Assembly (NCBI GenBank): GCA_002633005.1
Contig: NMRA01000006.1
Span: forward strand, 1,835,742-1,899,741
DNA from: Phoronis australis
Taxonomy: Eukaryota; Animalia; Phoronida
Length of the DNA stretch: 64,000 bases
Reading direction: 5' to 3'
Made by a program: the position numbers and the translations under genes
Shown here: positions 1-15,100 of the stretch, in pieces
Layout of the letters: the number at the start of each line of letters is the position of its first letter
Position numbering within the stretch: position 1 is the stretch's first letter
The notes under the pieces: generated by a model
Database searches by the model: none
The model's input: only the letters and a program-made list of their open reading frames with translations
Told to the model about the DNA's origin: nothing

Positions 1-2533
1 GTTCGGGTTAATGCCCTGTGCGGTTAAATTGGCAAACCCAAAAATCCGGGGTGGGCGGTTAACCAGACATGGGCGCTTAAACGTGAAATTTCAAGAAATC
101 GGGGGGGGNGGGGGGGGGGGGGCGGTTAACTGAACATGGGCTCTTATTACAACAAATAACCGCCCTGGGCGGTTAATCTTACCTCAAGATCCCATTCCCC
201 ACACGTAGTTGGAACGCGTAGCACTTTTCTGAGCTTTCGCCATGTCACCAAATGACGGTAAAACTGTCATAACTGCGGATGATCTCAACAAAGGTTCTGT
301 TGCCCTCAGATTAATTATTTCAGTTAAATTTACAAAATTACTGAGTAATAGCCCGTGCCGTCCTGCCGTCTTGTTAGAGCTGTTCCTGTAGAGCGCAGAC
401 GTGGTGATAGAACAAAGTGCGCGTGTGCAAGCTTCTCGTGCTGTGTAGGTCACAGCAGAGTCACGAGTTAGTTGTCAAGTTCTGAGTTAGAGAGCATTTT
501 TTAATTATTTGTAATTAAAGTTTGAAAAACTAATTCAGGTGTTTTGTTTTTGCGTTTGGGATGTTTGTGTTCGAGACTCCGTGATTCAATGACATTTTCA
601 ACGTAAGGTTCTACGGCTGTTTTATTTTGACCGTCCGACGGAGGTTGGCAGACATAAGCCAATCGTCAATCAAAAGTTACAGCAAAGACATTACTCAAAA
701 AAGTGCTTAAGATTTTAATGTTAAAAAATACTAACACTATGAATGGGATGAGTCTAATGAAACTGTATAGTAGATTCTGAGAAAGAAGTATTTCATACAC
801 AAGTACCTGCGTCAGTAAAAATAATTCGAATACGAAGCCCCCATTATTTGGGTAACCTGTTACCAGCACCAGTGGTTTGTTCCAACGAGCAAAGCGTCCT
901 TACTGAGTCGGTGTTGTTGGAAACAGGACTCGGCGCTAGGCATAACGAGCTGAAGATCGCATTGGCGACCTGAATTTTGAAAAAACGAGCCGAGATTTTG
1001 GTCATCTTCTATTTAATCGTAATATATTTGCGACCTGAAATTTCCAATGTACGGGCCATGGCATACATATGTGATAAAACGTCACAAAGCAGCGATGTTT
1101 CTATTCATTGTTAAACGATAAACTTACCAAATTTTGTGGTGGAAAAACATTTTTATTTTACATGCAAGATTTCCAGATTATCCTATTATATAACCTACAA
1201 TATCGTACTGCGACACTGTTTGGTCCCACTGTTTGCGCGTAATGTCCCCGCAAACGATCGCGATTTGGAAGTGTCGGCAAGTAATCGGCCGGTTCAATAT
1301 GCGTCTCGTTTTTTATGGCAAAAGACAGCGGCAAACAGATTCTCAAGACCTTCTGTCCGAGGTTGGGCACGCGCATATGAGTCACCTGTCAATCACATGT
1401 GCAGTCAAGGTAACTTGCACTCCAGAGCGTGGGAACTCACACGCGCGCACCACACCAAAGTGGCACATCAAAAGAGAATAGCTACAGCGGCTTGACTGTA
1501 GGTTTAAGCTGACCAGGTGTTTATTTGACACTGAACTTGGGCCTCCTGCTCTTTAAAAAAAAACAACGTACCCCAAAACTGCAACGCGAAGTCACAGTTC
1601 TGATAATTCGCAGCTCGATGATCCCTAGGCCCCAGGGGTTCTCCGCCTCCAACTGCTGCCAATTGACCTATCGCAAGCTCCACCCCTTTGCGTAATGTCA
1701 ACTAACAAACGATAAGTTTTACCTGGCAACATGTTGTTTGTCGGGTAAAACGGCGGGTTGGAAATGAAGGTGCGTCAATAATGCTGCGTTCTAAATGGTC
1801 AGTTAATCCATCTCTCAAAATCCTGGCAATAGGTAAATTTTCAGGCAGCCTATGGCGTGGATATTTCAGACTCGAATGGGAAGGATTTTGTTCCGGTGTC
1901 GAGCTAATGAAGAAACAAAATTATTCTGGAGGGCTAAAAAGGCAGGTAGAAACAATATTCACAAAGATAAGGGAATTCTTCAAAATCCGAGAGCTTCCCA
2001 CCTAAAGCGAATTAGGAGTGTTGGCAAGACCACTGTCACGTTTATCTGGCTTTATTTTTTCGAATATATGTTTTATCCAGAGCACTGTAGATGGAAACTT
2101 AGCGCGGCAGATGGCACCGCTGAAATTGTAGGTATTGAAGCCAGCGGGGTTCTTAGTTTTGTGAACATGGGAAGAAAATAAAATGACAAAGCGTTCAAAG
2201 AATTACATTTTGAAGGAAATCCATGACCCGGAACAATAATTTGTTACTTGTATTATAATTCACATTGCCAAACCACCGTCTTCGACGCTGTCGTTGCATT
2301 CTTTATTATCATCGATTTTTGTTTAAAAATGGGTAATCGTGCGTTTCCTTATCACTGGGCGCGTAATCATCAATCTTCAAAAGTCGGGGATGGGCGCTTA
2401 ACCGAGAGGTGGGCGCTTAACTGGAAATCGCAGAGGGACGGTTAACCGAGCATTGGGCTGTTAAATTGAAAATCCACCTAAAGTAGGGGATGGGCGGTTA
2501 AGAGAGTATGAGCGTTAACCCGAACGTGTACGA
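1..2533. mobile_element. Degenerate non-autonomous Tc2/pogo-like DNA transposon sequence (possibly nested copies)
   Basis: The window start GTTCGGGTTAA is the reverse complement of TTAACCCGAAC near 2515-2525. Both ends carry reiterated GGGCGGTTAA/GGGCGCTTAA motifs, and there is a perfect hairpin TAACCGCCC-T-GGGCGGTTA at 157-175. The right end reads ...TACGA|TA (decayed TACGG|TA). No intact transposase ORF. Confidence 0.6.
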
Positions 2534-5500
2534 TAAGTTCCACATGGTGCTAATTACTGTAGGTCAAGCCGAAGTTACAAGCATGACCTTGAATTTAATC
2601 CAGTCAGCGATGGTAAATCTACCTGTTCAGGCAATCAATGAATTCCATTCAGTCCATGGTTTTATCATACGTAATTAGGAATTGCTAATGAGGGCTTCCA
2701 AAACATGAGGCAAAACAATTTTTTTCTAAGACCACACTGCATGGGCCTTAGCTTCATCCAAACCTGTTACAGAAAAGATCATAGCTGCTTTATCAACACA
2801 GGTGTTACTGAGTTACAGTAGAAAATGTTGGGGTCTAAATCCTACAGTAACACAGGTTCCTAGAGAGAAAAATTAGATTAAAATGAGAACTGTTGCTAGA
2901 ACTTAAAATAGCATTTTGCTGCTGTTAAGCTATCACAGTTGATTTGCTAACTGAAACAATACGGCTTCAAAACCATGCAATTGATGCAAGGCTAATTCTT
3001 TAACAGATAGTTTGGATGGTGCAAAGGTTACTAAATGCCATCCCTTAGATAAGAGAGTTTCAGTTCTTGTTGTCCCAGAACATCACACAAGGAACCTGGT
3101 CAACTTATATCCTGGATGAGTCATTAATTAGTTGACAAGTTGCCAAATTTGGATAAATTGGCTAAATTGAATTTTGATGCAAATTCTTTGTATTTTACCA
3201 GGACTATGTCTCCCTGGGGACCAAAGCAGCTTTTCTTTTCATCAGGTTGAACTTAAAATATCTTTAAATTTGTCGAGCACAATATGTGGAACACTACAAT
3301 TTTATTTTATGAAAATGTTCAACTAGAGTAAACAAGAAAATAATTTTACTGATTTTTAAAACTTCGTATAGTACGACTGTCATCAACAAACACCGGACAA
3401 AGTTTTAAATGTTTTTGGCAATACAGCGAGCATTTGAAAAATCAAAAAATGACAGTTTTTGCCATAATTTTCGTTCGAATTGATGGAAACTTTATGGTAC
3501 CTGATAAAAGTGAATGCAATACAAAAGTGCGGGTCCTTTGCTGCTGGTTTATGCCGCCATCTATTGTTCCATGGGTTGCAAATGCACGTACATACCAAGA
3601 GAACAATAAGTAACACTGGCGAATACCTATCCAAGGTAACCAGAGGTTTGCATTTCTGCTGCAAGAAACATCAAAAACGGTTGCTTTCCCTTTTCAGCAT
3701 ATGAATACGTTGCTTCATTTTAGGACACAACATGGCGGACAAGCGTAATTTCATTTCGTCAAATTTCTCAACTAAAATAACTTTTAGGGAAAATTTACTA
3801 AATGCTTTTAGCATGGTTTATATGGCGTAGCAATTGCCCAATAACATTTAGTAAAATTTTGGGCATTTGCAACATTGTCGTGAGCCTCTGAAAAGTTGAA
3901 ATTTGTCAACTTAAGCAGTTATTTGTTCCAAATTGAAGAATTTTTACTGTAAGCTTACCAGTAAGTTTGTGCACCTTACCCAATATCTACAAACTATACA
4001 TTTTAACCGTAAGAGGAAAGCTTGCAGAAATCGTTTTTGGACTTACACGTGACCATTTCTTGATAAAAAAGAAAGGTATGTTTTTAGTTAAGTAATGGTA
4101 TTGATATCGTGGCCAAATTTCATGTGGCATAAATATTCAAGATGAAAACTGAAAAACCTTCTTTTTTTCTAAATTGTCTTTTCATTTATGTTTAATGTAA
4201 TTGATGATTTTTTCATAAAAATTACAAAAGTCTTGTTTTTTGATTGCAACTCAAACAAAATTGAAACATTTGATCAGGATCTACAACCTGTATTGGAAAC
4301 CAGTGTATCAGTCATATTACCCTAAAAGACGTTTTTGAGATATGATGTTTCGAAGTAAGCCAGATTTGATTTTTATCTATAGAGTTCATCAAAAAGTTTG
4401 AAATTACAGGAAGGGAGTTTTTCCAACTTCCTGTCAAAACTGCTTTCTCCTTGTTTTTACCATCAGTTTGTTCCTGGTAATAGTTCACTGAGTAATTGGG
4501 TTGGTGATGAGATATCTCAGGCCATCCATGTTGATTAATTTACTGAGTTTTTACCTTATCAGTTTTACACAGAATAACATAGCCATGCAGGATATCAGGA
4601 AGATGTAACCAGCCCATTGGTGTTAGGATTCAACGCTTATCATAATTTCAACTCTCCAAACTGCGACCTGGCAAAATTCCCAGGTCGGCTCAGGAACTGA
4701 GGTCACCAAATCAAGGAACTTTTGTATTACAGGGTAGGAGGGGGGGGTTTGCAAAAATCCAGGCTGTAGTACGCAAGAGCCAGAATTGTAGTAATGAAAT
4801 AAATGAGGCACCTGAAATGAGATACAGGTGAACTAAAAAAATGTCCAATATCCAACGATGCACCCGAGTTCGCCGTATGGCATTTTTTAATGGAATGGAA
4901 AGTATGAGTGTCTTGCATGCCTGTTAACCATCAGTTTTCCCGCTAAGGCTCGTATACTAAGTCAGAAGGCATGTATTACGTGTGCATGTTTTAAATGGGC
5001 CCTGACGATTGTTAACGTAGTACAGTTCCAACTTCCATCTACGTACTTCCCGTAGTAGTCTGAGTGCGTGCTCTGATGTGATCACAGGGATGTGTGATTT
5101 TTACCAGGCTGCTAAACAATATCTGAGTTTGCATTGGTAACCTTCAGGTCGTCAAATCAAGCCTATTGTTGTGTAGTCTACCTGTGTCCTTTTGAGCTGT
5201 GCGCATGTACCACTCTGAAGATGTGCCTGGTGTGCTCACAGATTTTGGAGCATATCAGTCCATGCTATTTCCCAGAGCATTTGAATTAAAAACTCAAAAA
5301 TCAGGAGTACTTATCGTTAAGAAGTGATGTTTTAAAAAGTTAATATAGTTTATTCGCGATAAAGCCAGTTGAGCTGGATTTTGTCACCTTCAGGTGCAAC
5401 TTTTGCAAGAGTAATAAAGTGTATAATATGAAGGGCAGAATGTGGACAATGATGCATAGCTAGTGTGCTTTGGGATTTGCATTGTGTATTCACAATAAGA

Positions 5501-6124
5501 TAGGTTCTACTGAAAGCCGTGGCTTGGTGTTTGCTGCATGTAAAAGGAAAATTTAGAAAAATTCGGGGTTCTTTGTGGCAAATGTACTATGTCGCTGAAT
5601 AGCGATTTTGTTCTTTTGTAAAGAACAACATAGCAATTCCATGGTAAAGGCACATAAAGGTCAGTTCTGTACGTAAAGGTTAGTTCGGTATTTTTCAAGC
5701 AGTGTTCTGTTCAGGTTAGTCATGTTGTCTACACTGACTTTTTGGAATGCTGCACTGGCGTTCAATAATTTATCGGGAAAGAAAGATGGGCAATGTACAT
5801 GTGCATCGCCGTACTATTTGAAAATGCTCTCAGGGTGGTCACCTGCATTACCAAAAATTGGCTTTTGCAGTGTTTTGTGAGTTTGATGATAAACTAGCTA
5901 ACTAATGAGTTTTGGAACAATTAATTTTGCTTCTAGTTGTGGGTGACATCCACCCTGATCTAGCATGAACTTGTCGCACTTCTACACACACTGGCATTAT
6001 TGAACACTTCTTTTAAAGCTTTTGAAATATCGACAAAATTAAAGACAAGGGTTACTGCTCTTCAACTGCGCTTTATTTGTATTTTTTAATGAAATCAGCA
6101 TTTTTATTTCTCATTATTTTACAG

Positions 6125-9100
6125 GGAAATCTCATCTGAAGCTCATCTGAATTCCGTGAGAAGCCCAGATGCCAAGGTAAACATAATGTTTTTAAAGTTA
6201 ATCCAAATAATGTAATTACATTCTGAATGGATGGCATATCCTAGTATGTGTTGAGATAATAAAGTCACTGATGAAATTCTGTGTGCAGTGTAATTTAGTC
6301 TCAGCTTTGCACTGTGTCATAAAAATTCACATCATGATTTTATCGTTGTTCTTAGATGTTGAAATGACATTTGCTATCATTTCTAAACCCAAAACTAGCT
6401 TTTGTTTCGACACTGTTTTTTGTCAAGCTGGTGGTGAAATGGAGAGGTTAATTCTTTGTTTCTCATAGAGAAGCTGTGGAAAATTGCATGTAAAACCATC
6501 TGCTTTGTTACTACTTTATCACGCCACCACCGAGTTTCTTTTTGTTTTATTGATCAGCTGTTACAAACGCTTTTATCTGGCTACAGTGAATTTTAATTAA
6601 GTAAAAATGTCTGAACACTCTTTGCTGCGAATGATTCAATTTGCCTTAGATATTGATATTTTTGCGGATAGCAAGACACATCGCATATAGGAGGATTGTG
6701 GGTTAGCGGTCATCCAGAGCAGCAGTGCCGGCAGACGCAGACATACGATATAGAGATCACTTCAGTTTAGTAGTATTTCAAGCAGCCTGAAGGTCAATTT
6801 ATCTTCAATACGAGCGAACAGGTAGCGCCTATCCAAAATCAGCTGTCAGCCTACGGAGCAGACCATCGCCTTCGTCACACTTTCTAGATTTTGGATTTAA
6901 TGACGCATATCCTGCAAATCAATGCCCTGGGACGTGCATGCATAGGCTTTGTTGTGCAGTACACCTGGGCTGACAATGGAGCAAAAATTTCTTAATGGTC
7001 GTTTTTGTCAAGAAATGTGGAAATGAAATTCCACTTGCACATCTGCTTTATTGTTTGCTAAATAACGAAAGAGTTACTGCAATTACATTTTCATCAACCT
7101 TGAATATCACCTTGCAATTCTGTGATAATCATGAATTCATTCTTCGTAAAACATTAAAGCAAAAAATATATCTTAATTGCAAGTTTATTGTCGCCGCAGT
7201 GTGTTGCAAAAAGATACCAGTAGTGGTGATATAGGATACCTTTATGTTTCAAAAAAGATTGACAGTTGACGGTGGCTTAGTAATAGAGAGGAGTTCAATA
7301 AAGTGTTGAAGTCAGTATTGTCATGAAAAGATAATATAAAACAACATAAAAATAAAAGCGCTCTGAAGAAAGAAATTAAAAATTAAAAGGTGAGATCGAG
7401 GACAAAACTAAGAACATAAACAATCATGACCTTGATGCTTACTTTAGTAACATATTAGATAACCCGTAAGGAGTTCTATTTATGTACCAAATTTGAAAAG
7501 GTGGCAGTCACAACGCCACCTTGCGTCCAATTTCGCACAAGAAAAACAGTCTCTCGGGCAATTGACTAGGTAAACACTGTATGTAAATTTCAAGCCGATC
7601 AGACGAAAACTGCGATCTCTAACACAAATATGATAGCCTAACAAAGGTCAGCAATAAATAACTATTCAACAAAAGAGCAGTCACCTTGGGAATAAATTTT
7701 GAATATCGCGAGAATGGTAAGTCGTAGCAAGAAACGAATTTCGCCACACTGATAGCGCTTGAAAAGATCTATCCATATACCAAATTTCAAGCAGATCCGT
7801 CAAGGGACACCGAAGATATGGCACGAAAACTCAGTTATTTGGTGAACTAGAGATGAACAAATCGACGTTAGCGATAGCCCTTTTGGAATGATCTATCCAC
7901 AGAAAGAAAAATCCGACCAGAAATAGCAGAGCTATCATGACTCCGCAAACGAAAAAAAGAAAAAATGGCTGCCACAGCACCATCTTGTATTAGATTTCAA
8001 CAAAAAAGCAATAGGCTTCTAGCCATTCATGAAAAACGTGCGTAGATTTCGTGTTGATCCGATAAGAATTGCCATCTATTGCTTGCGAACAAGAAACAAA
8101 AAACAAACAAGTTTTATGGCAAAGTAACATACTTGGAAAAACTTTATTTCACCATGTAATAAAACAGAAAAAATACAGACTCTTAGACATGTATATTAAA
8201 ACGGAATGAAACAGCCAGACATTCTGGGTGGCAGGCCTTGAAGAACAAAGTGACTAACATCACCTACATGAAGCCCTGTCCGTCCTCTTCAATGTTTCAT
8301 ATATACCTTAGTATACATCTTTTGAACCTCTGTCTGCACACTGCTATTGCCATACATGGCGTCATGGATGAACCTTTAGCTCAAAATATTTTGCCAGAAA
8401 ATCTGTCTACATACACTAGGGACGGATCAGTTCACAATTATTGCCATTTTCACGTGAGCACAAACCGTTTCCTTTAGGGGATGGGGCCTGTTGCTAGCAT
8501 GTGCTTTTGACATCATGAAAATGGCAGTGTCAAAGAACAAACACCAGCCTTTTATAACTTCTTTTTCACTTCGTAAAAACCAATAGCAGAAATGTTACCA
8601 GGATCCAACCAATCCCATAGTTTGCACTGTAAGACTTTGCACCACATACGTCTGCTTTTCTTGCTATGAAAACAGAACCAACCAAAAATGTTGTATGTGA
8701 TCTTGACTTTGCTGGGGATTTGGCTCATTTCTGTAAAGAGCCGGGATCAGTTGACGAAAATCCATCTAAGGACTAACAACATTTCGTCAATGCATATTGT
8801 CATGTCATTGCTGGCAGTGACACCGCTCGGAAATCTCATCAAAAAGTTGGACAGCATTCTTGGCCCGGAGAGCAAATGTTGCACTTGGGGCGGGGACAGC
8901 GACACAATCTCAAGCGTGTTTGCAAGAGCAATCGACAAAATGAAGAAGTCATGAAAAGCAAAAGTTGTTAAAAGTACATCTTCATTTGATGCATTTGTAG
9001 GGCACTTCAATTCAATATTTTAGGTGATTTTGTTTAGTCATATCTACACCAGAAAACATGTTGCAGTGACCCCATGCTTTCAATTTGGTGAGGTCTAATG

Positions 9101-12100
9101 CTGTTTTCCACCATATTGTTCTCAAGTCATCAAATTTTGTGTGATGACTAGATATTTACGAGCTGGCAGTGTTGTAGTTGACCCCTCCCTCCTTCCCCCC
9201 CCCCCGAATTGGTTGGTTGCTGACAATATTTTTGAAATAATGGTGTTGACTAGTACTTTGATTTTGATGAACTTAAATTGTCTATTATGTTTGGAAATGC
9301 TAATTTCATCACTGTTGACTCAAATATAACTAGGTGTTGAGCAGATGGTTGCTTTGCAGCCATGCTAAAATACTGTTGAGGTCAGGTCATTTTGTTATAT
9401 GACACCTAGTGACCTGCTCTTTCTCTTGAAAAGTTGCATAAGGAAGGTACAATTACAACAGTTACAAGGAAAAGAAAAATGTTAGAAATGCGATACTTGA
9501 AATTCTACACTTTCCATGGTCCAAGTGCATCAAAATCTATTCAAGTCTTGACTTAACAAGGGAAATTTGAAAGGTCACTGGACTGGCAAGTTTTGAGCAA
9601 CGTCTGGAGTAGTTTTGCTGTGTTTGCACCTGGACTTTGTTTCATAAAGTTATGTACTTGGGTGGTTCCTCAGTATTTGTCCGCTCTGTTTGGTAATAAA
9701 ATTTTCTTTGTAACCCCGCAATAGCATGTATCATCATACTCGTATTAGAGCACTAAAGCTGCACTTCAAGAATGTAGTTCACTTCCCATAGTATGATGGC
9801 TAAAGTGCACAGTCAATGACTGTCTTGTAAACACGTCATACGAATTGTGGTGATTTTCTGTTCTAGCAAGAGGCATCTCTTGGTAGAACAAATCATTAAT
9901 GTAACAGCCTGACTATTCATCTCCTTGTCTTACCTTTGGAAGTTAAGTAACAAAGTAACAATACTTCTAAGAACAATATTTAAATGCATGAACCTTTAGT
10001 TACGACTCAAAATATCAAGTGCCATACTTAATNCTATTCGACTATGCAAATGCTATTGTAACCACTGGAAAGAACCGGCTTGCTAAAAGAAACCAAATCA
10101 CAGCGGCGAAAGGTGCACTGCCACCTAGAAAGAAAATAAACAGCGTAACAAGTAAATGAAATACAACAACCAATGACAAAAAAATGATGCACGGCATCAA
10201 CAGTCCAAGTGCATCAAAATCTATTCAAGTCTTGACTTAACAAGGGAAATTTGAAAGGTCACTGGACTGGCAAGTTTTGAGCAACGTCTGGAGTAGTTTT
10301 GCTGTGTTTGCACCTGGACTTTGTTTCATAAAGTTATGCACTTGGGTGGTTCCTCAGTATTTGTCTGCTCTGTTTGGTAATAAAATTTTCTTTGTAACCC
10401 CGCAATAGCATGTATCATCGTACTCGTATTAGAGCACTAAAGCTGCACTTCAAGAATGTAGTTCACTTCCCATAGTATGGTCGCTAAAGTGCACAGTCAA
10501 TGACTTGTCTTGTAAACACGTCATACGAAATTGTGGTGATTTTCTGTTCTAGCAAGAGGCATCTCTTGGTAGAACAAATCATTAATGTAACAGCCTGACT
10601 ATTCATCTCCTTGTCTTACCTTTGGAAGTTAAGTAACAAAGTAACAATACTTCTAAGAACAATATTTAAATGCATGAACCTTTAGTTACGACTCAAAATA
10701 TCAAGTGCCATACTTAATCCATTGATTCTGGAATTCAACAGATGGAGTTGTTGCCTAATTTTGTATGTTTATGGTCAAGGTGATGTGCCATATGTGTACA
10801 TGCACAGTGCTGTCTTAGAGGCAGTAGTGGGTTTATGCGATATTGTCGGCATGTCTGATGGACAAGGTATTGTAGAATCAATAGCCCTGCACAATGTAAT
10901 TGACCGAAAACACTATTTTTCTTGTAACGGAGTTGAGACAAGTTTCGCCATTACCAGCAAGGGAATCTCATAGATCACATCACATGTTGGTAGTTGAACA
11001 GTGTCAGAGACCGTACAGAGGGAGGCAAATCTTACTAGCAAAATCCCATTGAACAGCCATTGGCAGATATTGTTGTTTCATGGACCAGAGCGAGATCAAG
11101 AGAGCATGTTTTGTGAAGAAAACAAATAATGGTGGATTACTTGTGGCTGAGACGAGACATTCTATTATTTTAGTTTGCGTTTTTTAACTCCATAAGTTTC
11201 TGATTATCATAACATTGTTCCAGTTTGTTAACATACGAACACTGCTAGACAATGTATGAACACTGCTGGACAATGTCGTGGGTTGTTGTGCTGTATGTAT
11301 TGTCCCGGGTCATTCATTTGACAGTGCAGACAAACAGATGAATACAGTAACACCAAGGAGGGAATTTATCTGTCCTCTGTGCTTTCCCTGTTGTGACTAT
11401 GTTTACTGTGCCCTTAGACCTAACATTTTCTGGTACCCTGGACACTGTAGTTTTTTAACCCTTAGTGTGGTGGAGTGCATACCTTGCCACAATAGGTTTC
11501 ATGCCTGGTGTGTGATCTGTGATATTATATGCCCAGTGACATTACTTGTTTTGTGTTGTTATTATGCCTGTGCTATTTTCGGTGCCTGTGTTGTACCTGT
11601 ATTTATGATCATTTGTGATTGGACCATTATTATAGGTATTAGTGGGCGCATTGCATTGCTCTTGTTTACAAATCATTGACTAGTACTTGCTATCTGGGCT
11701 GATTTTCACATATAGACAGTTTAAGTTCACCTAGTGGTTATAGTCAACATAATTTGGACACTATTGCAGCATTTTTATCCCTTCACAATGTTTGCTTTGT
11801 CAATTATTTGTCGATTGAAATTGACTTGACAGATTATGGTGAAATTTCACAGTATTTGAATTTATGGCAGGGATACGCCAGCACCACTTGATTTTTGGAG
11901 TGCTGTGCCATCCTGTTTTCAAGGAAATAGTGCTTGTATGAAAGCATTGTCAAAATGGCTTAACAGTTTTTAAGGAAACATGACAAAGAAATGCATGGCT
12001 GAGATGCATAGCATTTTGTGCAATTTTGACTGCAGTTCGAGGTGTACATTAATTTTCTATTGTGGCGTGGACTTCAGTGCATAATAAATTTTAATTGTAT

Positions 12101-15100
12101 AGTTTTGTAACCTGCCTGATAATTTGCCATAGGAAAAGTTGAAGTAAATATTACTTTAAGGATATCTTAAACCTTATTCATAAAAATTGTCCATTTTTAC
12201 AATACTTCATATGTCTAGAAAAATACCTGATCTTCATTCTCGAGGAACTTTAATTATGAAATATATAACGTGTAACGAGAAAAAGATTTAGTAGAACCGT
12301 CTTGGAACTGCACAACTGCATGGAAATCTGTTACTTATCCAAGGTCAAGTGTTACGTGGCTGTCACTCAAATCTAATCTCTGGCCAGGCACAGCAGCTCT
12401 GTATGTACCCTCAGTCCTTTCATTCACTCAGTCGCCATAATTTTGCGTCAACGACGTGTACATATTATAGAAAGACGCCGGGAAAAAGGACAAAATGCAG
12501 TTTTGATAATAGAGAGTTGTGTGTTTGCATCCATACGACCATCGAGAAGGAATTCTAAGTTGCTTCATCATGCCACATTTACTTTGTGTTCACGAACACA
12601 ACAAGTTGTGAAAAGAGATAAAATTCTTACCCAAATTTGACATTTCAATGTTTCGATCTCATGCTCACGATGTGCTTTAACTACCGACCAATTTCTGTAT
12701 TGACATTTTGTACTTGGGTTTCATATCAGTCTCCTAGTGCGTGGTGTGTCTAACAATGAACTGTTGACCTACTTTAAAGTGGACCACAATGCACCAGCTT
12801 GACCCACTTAATATATTGGCTCCGCCCATAATCTAGTCTGCCCATGGCCTACTTGGAATCAACTTTACTGATTAAGAAGTTTTTTTGTGATAATCAAGTT
12901 AACTACGCTCTGCAAATTGATGTAAAGTTGCAAGTGAATGATGCAATAATGAACGCAGCTAACGGATGTATCGGTTGTATTGACCGAAAATAAGTTTTCA
13001 TTGAATAATTAACCAAAGATCTTAAGATATTCACCTCTCACGATTTAATCGGCTTTTTCTCAGCAGCGGCAAATCAACTTAAAATGAAAACAGCTTGGTG
13101 GCTTTAGCTGAAACTTTCCGAACTTAGTATTCACCAATTTCAAAAGCGCTGTTAGGATTTTTGACATAAAGGTCTAGTTTTTGCGTAGTATAACAAAGAC
13201 GAATATGACTGCTGTATTTTACAAAAATACCTTATGTTTTGCGAGTTGATTTGTCATAGAAACCATTGAAAAGACTAACTGAAAATTTCTAACAGCGTTT
13301 TTGAGGCAACTGGTGAAGTTTTCATTTAGAAAGGTTCATAAAAATCTACAGAAGGGTATTTTGCTATCAATGTACCATTCTAAAAAATGAAATTTTGACT
13401 TAAAAAGGTGTTAATGTAATGATAATAATGGTACATAAATATAAAACATAGTTTTACATTCCCTTGTCTTTTATCTTTCAGAAAATGTTATGTATTACTT
13501 TTACTAGTTGACAAAGCCTAGTTTTTTGATATACGTGTTACAATGGAGGCCTCTAAATAAGGTTTCAGATAATCTTAATGGCATATTAAGCCCTACATCA
13601 GTGGGTACTTTGGTAGTACCGTAATCGTTCGGGTTAACGCCCATGCTCAGTTAACCGCCCACCCCTACTTTAGGTGGATTTTCGATTTAACCGCCCACTG
13701 CTCGGTTAACCGCCCCCCTGCTATTTTTGAAGATTTCCAATTAAGCGCCCACCTCTCGGTTAAGTTAGTGACAATGTCGTTTGTTTAGATAATTATTTCA
13801 ACACGGGTCTTAAAACATCAAGTCTGGAAGGGGGGGGTTAAGGCATCTTTATGTTGTTCACTTTGAAGTTGGCCATTTTTTACCCACCAATGCCTTGAAT
13901 ATGCCTTTAACTACTGATAGTCGAGTTAATAAAATGTGAGTTGATGAAAATGACTTTTTGGTGGTGGTTTATGAGATCTAGAAGGCATTGTAAACATTTC
14001 GACTTGATGGAGTGTGTATTCAATAGGCATGGTGACTGTTTTAGATGGGCATGCAATACAGGTTTACTGGACTGCAGGTAGGAATTCCATCTGTCGCTGG
14101 TTTTCAACCTCCAGTTGCTCCCAGTTTCACTCACTACATCCCACCCCTAGTCGCTAGCCATTTCAAATCCCATCAGGCACGGAACCAGGGGAGCCCAAAC
14201 CCCCCTGCTAGAATGTAGAATGTTGTAACCTGTGAATTTTTGAAACAAAGATCTGGAACCCCGTTCGGATGTTGTTAGAGGGCACTTTTTGGACATTGGC
14301 ATAGGAAACACTTGATGGTTGGGGGGAGAGTCTGTTTTTCAATTTTATTTTAATACAAAGTTTGTGAGTTGAAACTTAATAATTAATTGTTAATTGATAC
14401 TTATTAACACCTGGGATATTTGGGGGGCTGGAAAGCTATCTCTGCCCCCAACCTTTTGGTTGAGGGGTGCTCGCCCCCTTCCCCCCTGATGCTTCTTATG
14501 CTTATGTAGGAAAGAAATGCTATGTTTTTGATGCTACCTTCAGCAGACCTATCTTATGTTTATTACGTTTCTCCTGACCCCCTCCTGGACAAAATCCTGC
14601 AGGTTCTGTACCGGCCGCCCTCTGATTGCCTACTTTCACCTGGACACCACTGTTTACTGAAACTCTCTCCTGCTTAAAATGTATTACTCGTAGTTTACGT
14701 TAGCTTCGCTGCCCAAAATTTTTTTGATTTACTCTCTGCTTTGCCTGTATGTGTATTTTTCCAATACACCACTCATATTTTATATTCTCAATATTTTAAA
14801 CAAAGATACTTCACAATGTTGAATTTGACACAATAAAATCGGCCATGGTAGTCAACATCTGCTGTACTTTGTCGGAGCACACACCCGCTAGGTGTCGCTA
14901 CTGTTCACAGCACAATAATGGCAGCGGCCGATGAGATTAGTCTTGTTAATGTCTTTGGAAATATTACTGACATCTTGCCACCAACTGACCCTTAATCTTA
15001 CCATAAATACAGGATTCGTGAAACAAGGCCCTGCGTACAAATTGCCCGTCAGTGCTGTACATAAGCAGACGATGGTTGCACGATATGTGTAGACTTGGAT

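Noticed and set aside
184-2445. Cluster of 65-119 aa ORFs in the first 2.5 kb as a transposase or as the missing TM exon of the adaptor gene
   Set aside because: No DDE/HTH motifs, overlapping frames, and no exon with both a convincing TM helix and phase-2 splice sites; all lie inside repeat-derived sequence.
3211-4452. Possible ~1.2-kb DNA transposon with AAAGCAG-containing ends
   Set aside because: Looks repeat-derived, but the inverted match is short and no target-site duplication is visible, so boundaries are not supportable.
11278-11679. 133-aa Cys-rich hydrophobic ORF
   Set aside because: GTG start, composition explained by TG-rich intron sequence, and no phase-compatible splice sites or known motif.
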